Shown here: positions 56,791 through 64,000 of the stretch, piece after piece
How the letters are laid out: each line of letters starts with the position of its first letter
Numbering within the stretch: position 1 is the stretch's first letter
NCBI GenBank assembly: GCA_951406725.2
Contig: OX597825.1
Location: 8,680,001-8,744,000, forward strand
From: Octopus vulgaris
Lineage: Eukaryota
Reading direction: 5' to 3'
Length of the DNA: 64,000 bases
Program-made: the position numbers and the translations under genes
The notes under the pieces: model-generated
The model's input: only the letters and a program-made list of their open reading frames with translations
What the model was told of the DNA's origin: nothing
Database searches by the model: none

Positions 56791-58420
56791 AATAATAATA
56801 ACAAAAATAACAACAACTAATGATTGTGATAAGCATAACAAAACTATAAGATATGAAAACAAAATGTGCAGATATACATTAAAAAACAATGTATATCTTT
56901 TATACATAGAGGAAATTAGTTTTCAGACCAGACCAGAAATCTAAAACGAAAATCGAACGAATCAAGACTGACTGAATGTAAATGAATGTGTGGTATAGGC
57001 ATGAAAACATATAGATATAAGGTTTTATAAATATCAATACACACATGCACATATGCACATTTATACGTACATAGATAAATCGATCCTCACGCATGCGGAT
57101 GTGACATCGATATACTATTATAGTAATAATTGTGATAATAATAACAGCAACAATGATGATAACAGCAACACCGACAAAATAATGACAATAGTTATGATAA
57201 CAAAACGTCCCAAAGAGGGGGATAATATCAGAATATGAAGTGGCTAAAATGACCAAATTATGAAATAATAACAAAAACATAATTATAGCAATTATAAGAA
57301 TAAAAATCATAAGATTTAAAATAATAATGAATAATAATAGTAAAGATCAATATTCATTCCACAGGAAAAAAACAAGAGATTACATACATTCTACTATCAG
57401 AACCAAAGCGTTTATTGTAACCACCCGTGATAGATGGATAACTGGAAATCGGAGTTGTGAAGTCGGGATTTGCTGGCGAAGAAAACGAAGTTTCAACCAC
57501 CTACACCTCTGAAGATCTAAGGACTGCGCATATGGTTATGGGTAGATGAAGGAAAATGCTGCAAAGAGAACACAGTGTTAGGAAAAGCGAGATAACAGAG
57601 ATGCAAGACCGAGGTAGATCAAATGGTTTAGCTATGTATATCATGCGGAAAGATTTAACAACATATTGCAATCGGAAGTATAGGAAAGCCTAAAAGATAC
57701 ATGTATGTATGTATGTGTGTATATAGGTATATATGTATGTATGAACGTATATACGCACATGCACACGCATAATCGTATATATGCGAGTGGGCGCGTGTGC
57801 ATCTGTATGTTCCAAGTGCAATTGGATGCTTACATACAACGGATCATCAGAAACCGTTTAATTACATTACGTTGCAGGAAACCAATCTTTTGAGTTGGGT
57901 AGATGGTAAGGCATTGCATAAGTAGTTTGAGATCAACGCAGAAAGAAAGCAATTAGGAGGGAATTTTTAATTGGGTCTAAAAATCAAGAAAGGTGGGGGT
58001 GAGCAGACAAAGAAAGAAAAGACAAATATACAAAAGAGGAGAAAATAGAAAGTTAAAGAAAGGGAGAGATATAGGAAAAGAGAAACGAACAAGACAATAT
58101 TGTAATTAAAGACAGAGAGCAAGATATGTTGAAAAGAAGGAAAAACGAAGTTGGACAACTATAAAAAAGGATAGTCAAAAAGTATATAAACACCTAAATT
58201 GAATTTATAAACAAAGGTAAATACACCTAAGTGATAGGGGGAAAGAAAGAGGAGATAGTGAGGACGAGCACATGGGAGAGAGAAGGGAAAGAAATGTTAT
58301 AAGACTGAAGAGACTGTAAAATAATTAGAGATAGAAGCATACCAAAATACGACTAGGTCATAAAAGCATATATGTATGTATCTATCTATCTATCTATATA
58401 TCAATCTCTTTATTTTATTT

Positions 58421-58613
58421 TTTTACTTGTTTCAGTCATTTGACTGCGGTCATATTGGAGCACCACCTTTAGTCAAGGAACTTATTCTTTGTATGCCTAG
58501 TACTTATTCTATTGAACTCTTAAGCTGAACCGCTAAATTACTGGGATGTAAATACACCAGCGTCGGTTGTCCAGCAATGTTGGGGAGACAAACACACACA
58601 CAAATATCCACAT

Positions 58614-58662
<49 letters not shown>

Positions 58663-58815
58663 GACGAATTTCCTTCTACCAAATCCATTCACAAGGCTTT
58701 GGTTGGCCCGGGGCTATAGTGGAAGACACTTGCCCAAGGTGGCATGCAGTGGGACTGAACCCGGAAACATGCGGTTGGTAAGCGAACTACTTACCACACA
58801 GCCACTCCTGCGTCT
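58421..58815 (-). mobile_element. SINE family 1
   Basis: Full-length reverse copy ending ccacacagccactcctgcg. Confidence 0.9.
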
Positions 58816-58816
58816 A

Positions 58817-58880
<64 letters not shown>

Positions 58881-59252
58881 TGTATGTATGTATGTATATG
58901 TGTATGTATGTATATGTTTAAATATGCACTCGCATACTCGCTTCCTTTAAGTTATACAAACACGTATACACGTATATTTGATGATTTACATAAACGAAAG
59001 TAGTTTAAAACCTATATATCACATGTGACCGTGTAGCTGTAATGAATGAAACGAAAATCTTGCGACATTCAGGAGATTCTAACGCATTGTAATCGGATTT
59101 TGAATATTCTAATATCTAGGTAATATCAGCTGTGTTCTTAATTGTGTGTTGCGGGTAAAGCAAACCCAATGAGATAAGAAAGTATTTGGGAGAGATATAT
59201 GAAATAAGAGAGAGGGAGAGAAACACACATAAATAGAAGCAGAAAAAGAAAG

Positions 59253-59288
<36 letters not shown>

Positions 59289-60053
59289 CGCGTGTGTATG
59301 TGTATGTGTGAGTGTGTGTTTCATGAGAGAAATGGTATGGAATTTATCTCTTTAGAGACTTTTGTTGCGTTATGAATTCTCAAAATTATGTGTTTACATG
59401 TAATTTCCAACTTCAAACTCGTAAACAACACAAATGTCTAATCTTTAACAATTAAAATTTGATATTTATCCAATTATACTTAATCATGTTACTGAAAGCT
59501 ATCACGAAATTATTAGGTTTTGTTCATTATATATTCCTGGAATTCTTTTCGTACATTGGGCCCTCAGAATACATATATTCCTCTATGTATAGCAACATAC
59601 ATATACACCCTAATGACAATGTTTGGCAGAACCGGTAACATAAACAGACAAGACTAAACTGCAATATTCCTATAAACTCTCATTTAAAAGACTTTTCTGT
59701 TTAGCCTCCATTTAGAGATTCGCTGGTCCATAGTGTAAACATCGAAGTATACTATAAATTAATTACTGTCGAAAATAGAGTCGAGCTTGAAATGAATATA
59801 TATTCCATATTAATATTAGTTCATTACCCCAAATTGTGTATCTACTTTGTATTTATCATCAATAATTACTACGAACATGATACTCTTTGCTATCATATTT
59901 TATATTTCATATCAAATTATGTTGTCTGCTTATAAATGGTTTTGAATTAAGAATATCTAACGGGGTATTACGTGTATATTCTATTTGTCATTAAAATGGG
60001 AAATTGATGAAGATACACAGAATTAAGAGACTAATTATTTTAAAACATTGAAC

Positions 60054-60475
60054 GTAGGTGTGGCTGTGTGGGAAGTAGCTTACTTACCAACCACATGGTT
60101 CCGGGTTCAGCCCCACTGCGTGGCAACTTGGACGATTGTCTTCTATTATAGCTTTAGGCCGACCAAAGCCTTGTGAGTGAATTTGGTAGACGGAAACTGA
60201 AAGAAGACTGTCGTATATATATATATATATATATGTATGTGTCTGTGTGTGTGTGTGTGTGTGTGTATTTCTGTGTCTGCATTTGTCCCCCCAACATTGC
60301 TTGACCACCGATATCGGTGTATTACGTCCCCGTAACTTACCGGTTCGGCAAAAGAGACCGATAGAATAAGTACTAGGCTTAGAAACAATACGTTCTGGGG
60401 TCGATTTACTCGATTAAAGGCGGTGCTCCAGCATGGTCGCAGTCAAATGAATGACTGAAACAAGTAAAAGAGAGA
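60054..60475 (+). mobile_element. SINE family 1
   Basis: Full head, microsatellite and tail. Confidence 0.9.
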
Positions 60476-61144
60476 GTAAAGTGTATGAATACTCTTTTAG
60501 AGAGCACAATTCCGATTTACCAAGTGCCTAGTAGTTGCAACATCTGGTACCAACATGTTTGGGGCTTACAGTTGAAAATAACGATGCTGTGTCAATTAGC
60601 GGGTTATATAATTGACAAAGTGTTTTCGTAAATTTTGCAACTTCCCACTTTATAATTAAACCGTTGATTCTAGCATCCAGTAGAGTTTCCGTCCTATTTT
60701 ATGTTATTAGTGGTTAATATGTTGATATCCACTTATACTATCTCTTGCGTATCACATTCCTACAACCGCAAGAACACTCACGCTAAGCCATGTTTAAATT
60801 GCAGTCGTGTTTGTCATAAATCAAAACCTACCGTCTTAGAAGTATTCTATGTCATGCATAGATGTAATTTTAGATATATGATACGCTAAAGCGTAGCACG
60901 TAATAATTATGGGTATTAGTGTGTTTAATGCGTATTCTAAGATTAAACAACACTAAAAAATGTCTAACGTTCTGTAAGAAAGAAGCACTTAATTTTCTTT
61001 AAACCACTCTTAATGGCATCATTCAAAATTGCTCCTTGTTGGTATACATATGCCGATATGTCTGCATCGTTTTCACGGCACTTGATCTAAAAACCAGCAA
61101 AAACTAATCGAAGCCATATGGTCCTTGGGACGTCCAAACCTGAT

Positions 61145-61189
61145 TTATTATTATTTTCATTATTATTATTATTATCATCATCATCATCA

Positions 61190-61283
<94 letters not shown>

Positions 61284-61305
61284 CATTATTATTATTATTA
61301 TCATC

Positions 61306-61352
<47 letters not shown>
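61145..61352. repeat. (TTA)n/(TCA)n microsatellite
   Basis: Direct reading. Confidence 0.95.
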
Positions 61353-61353
<1 letters not shown>

Positions 61354-61455
61354 TGCTAAACTTTACGTGCAATAAGTTTATACACTTTCGACAATAAACA
61401 ATATATAATTTTGTTAAAATTACTCCTATTGTTTAATTATGAAAATACAGTAAGA

Positions 61456-61494
<39 letters not shown>

Positions 61495-61502
<8 letters not shown>

Positions 61503-61993
61503 TATTGGTGAATTGAAGAAATGGAGCTGAACGAAGATTGAACAGAAATCGTTTTATTTCATTCTACACGTGTTTCGAAAGGCACAATTTACCAAAATCC
61601 GATTGAATAATGAGACCATATTGTGTCTTTCTCTTCAGGAAGAAATAGGAAATCCGTTGGAAAACGGATTTGTTTTTTCCAACGGATTTCCTATTTCTTC
61701 CTGAAGAGAAAGACACAATATGGTCTCATTATTCAATCGGATTTTGGTAAATTGTGCCTTTCGAAACACGTGTAGAATGAAATAAAACGATTTCTGTTCA
61801 ATCTTCGTTCAGCTCCATTTCTTCAATTCACCAATAATATTTTAATTTCAATTATCCGCACCAACGCACGGTTGCAACACCATATGGTTGTACCTCCAAC
61901 CGTGCTGTTTTCTGCTGTGATTTTTGCTACCAAGGTATCGGTTAAACTTTTGATTAATCTGCTACAAGATTATTCATCTTTCTATTTCACATA
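61495..61993. mobile_element. Fold-back PLE-like element (family C relative) in (TA)n
   Basis: Arms 61495-61664 and 61675-61844 appear to be exact reverse complements; tail to ~61993 shares caaccgtg..ttttctg..gctacc.aggtatcggttaa with the 12352 and 21301 elements. Confidence 0.9.
61692..61784 (+). ncRNA. Type I hammerhead ribozyme, canonical core (mirror copy 61555-61647 on minus strand)
   Basis: tatttc-ttc / CTGAAGA(61701) / gaaagacacaat...attgtgcctttc / GAAA(61763) / cacgtg / TA / gaa-t-gaaata. Confidence 0.9.
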
Positions 61994-62018
<25 letters not shown>

Positions 62019-62025
<7 letters not shown>

Positions 62026-62135
62026 ATCACGTGACCGACCAGTCCATCAGATGTAGTTACACATCGCTGGTCACAATGCGTTCGCATTGTTTTAGCCCTC
62101 GAATGACACCACCCCGCTGGCTAAGCGAGCAGGCC

Positions 62136-62136
<1 letters not shown>
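62019..62136 (-). mobile_element. SINE family 3 tail type a, isolated
   Basis: Reverse complement of ~28311-28433. Confidence 0.8.
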
Positions 62137-62195
<59 letters not shown>

Positions 62196-62761
62196 CGAAT
62201 GGTTATGTATCCAGGAGATTAAAATCGGAATGTAAGGGGATCCATAGACAACGAATGATTGAGAATCTCTACTCTAAATGTTCATTTGCTATGCTAAGCA
62301 TAACCACATCCCACCATATATTGTGTAAAGTATAATTTAGGAACTATTAGATAATACTGCCTTGGACAAATCAAGATTTTAGTATATCGGAAAACTGCAG
62401 GTTAAGTACTGTTCAATGCCTATCAACAGGAACGACAATAATAACATCATAAATTTTGATAAGTTCTGATTATTAATTACATAAGAGAACATAGAATTCT
62501 AGATGTCGCTTCAGTGTTATTGTGTCATACCCGTCTTTCAAACAGTGTACACTTTCAGGATAAGCTATTGATTTACTACGTTTTAAAATTGTCCAGAAGT
62601 AATACTTTATATAGCATTACCATTCTTACTGTTACTGAGGTTCTTCTCGATATATCTGACTCTTTCGTTTCACTCTTTCTATCACTATCTCTCCCTTTCT
62701 CTTTCTCTCTCTCTCTCTCTATCTATATATATCACATATATATATATATATATCACACACA

Positions 62762-62883
<122 letters not shown>

Positions 62884-63545
62884 AGTCTACCCTTTTCTTC
62901 TCTCACACTTTTGTCCGTCCTTGTCATACGTTTATTGTTATCTCTGTATTTCTGTATTTCTGTTTCAATACTAGTACAGTTATCTCCCTTTCTCTTCCTC
63001 TGCTCTCACCTTTCTTATTTTATCTAACACATTAAATAAACACTTTTATTCAGACATTATGGTAATTCTTTCCTACTCAATCTTTGTGTATCTAATTCAA
63101 GAGCAACACTGCTTAAGTACATGAATATGCACCCTCACTCACATTCACGCCCTCATTCTAACACACGAACAATAACATTCACACACACACACATACATAG
63201 ATACACACACACAAAGACAAACACACACACACATACATATATAAACGTGCATTTATTTTTTTCATTGTTACCTATGAGATGAACATAATTACCAAGTAAT
63301 GCTTACATTTCGTCCGTTCCTCTTAATATGTCTTCCTGTCTTTGGAATTTCTCTTTCCTTTTCCCTATATCCCCTTTCCTTTACTAAATGATCTATGTAT
63401 AAAATGCTATGCATTCTTTATATTTCTAATGTGTGTTTGTGTGTAGATATGTTCTCCTTCGAATAAGTCATTTTTTTTTCATCGCATTTTACATTTTATA
63501 GTTTTCCATAATTCCTCATTGCTTTACTGATAGTACACCATACAA

Positions 63546-63925
63546 GGTAGCGATCTGGCAGCGACGTTGGCACGCCGGGCGAAATGATTTGCGGTATTTC
63601 GTCTGCCGTTACGTTCTGAGTTCAAATTCCGCCGAGGTCGATTTGCCTTTCATCCTTTCGGGGTCAATAAATTAAGTACGAGTTATGTACTGGAGGAGAT
63701 ATAATCGACTTAATCCGTTTGTCTGTCCTTGTTTGTCCCCTCTGTGTTTAGCCCATTGTGGGTAGTAAAGAAATAGGTAATTCGTTTTTCTTTACGCCGA
63801 GATCGACTTTGCCTTTCATCCTTTCGGGGTCGATAAATTGAGTCCCAGTTGCGTACTGGGGTCGATCTAATGGACTGGACCCCTCCTCAAAAATTTCGGG
63901 CCGTGGGCCTTGAGTAGAAAATATT
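63546..63925 (+). mobile_element. SINE family 2 with partial body duplication
   Basis: gcctttcatcctttcggggtc.ataaatt block occurs twice. Confidence 0.85.
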
Positions 63926-64000
63926 GTACTCCATATATTGTCTACCAGTGAACTAATGTGAACGATATACTGTGGAATTGTCTCAGTTTACATGCCCATT

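Overview
AT-rich, microsatellite-saturated eukaryotic DNA with no intact protein-coding gene that I can support. The SINE repertoire and repeat landscape look like an Octopus (coleoid cephalopod) genome; this is inference from recognition, not a search. Almost all ORFs in the supplied track are artefacts of (TA)n, (CA)n or (TAA)n repeats. Recognisable content: three tRNA-derived SINE families, decayed Tc1/mariner and pogo/Tigger transposases, two non-autonomous Helitrons, R4/Dong-like LINE pieces in (TAA)n tracts and an RTE 3' end. The main signal is a set of non-coding fold-back elements inserted in (TA)n tracts. Each carries a type I hammerhead ribozyme (stem I - CUGANGA - long stem II - GAAA - palindromic mini stem III - GUH - stem I), always with 3' ends pointing outwards. 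The centrepiece is a 3.8-kb palindromic array of ~590-bp monomers (43296-47070) with seven hammerheads carrying a variant CCGAUGA core. This reads as several families of Penelope-like-element (PLE)-derived, retrozyme-like self-cleaving RNAs. All folds were paired by eye; no activity is demonstrated.
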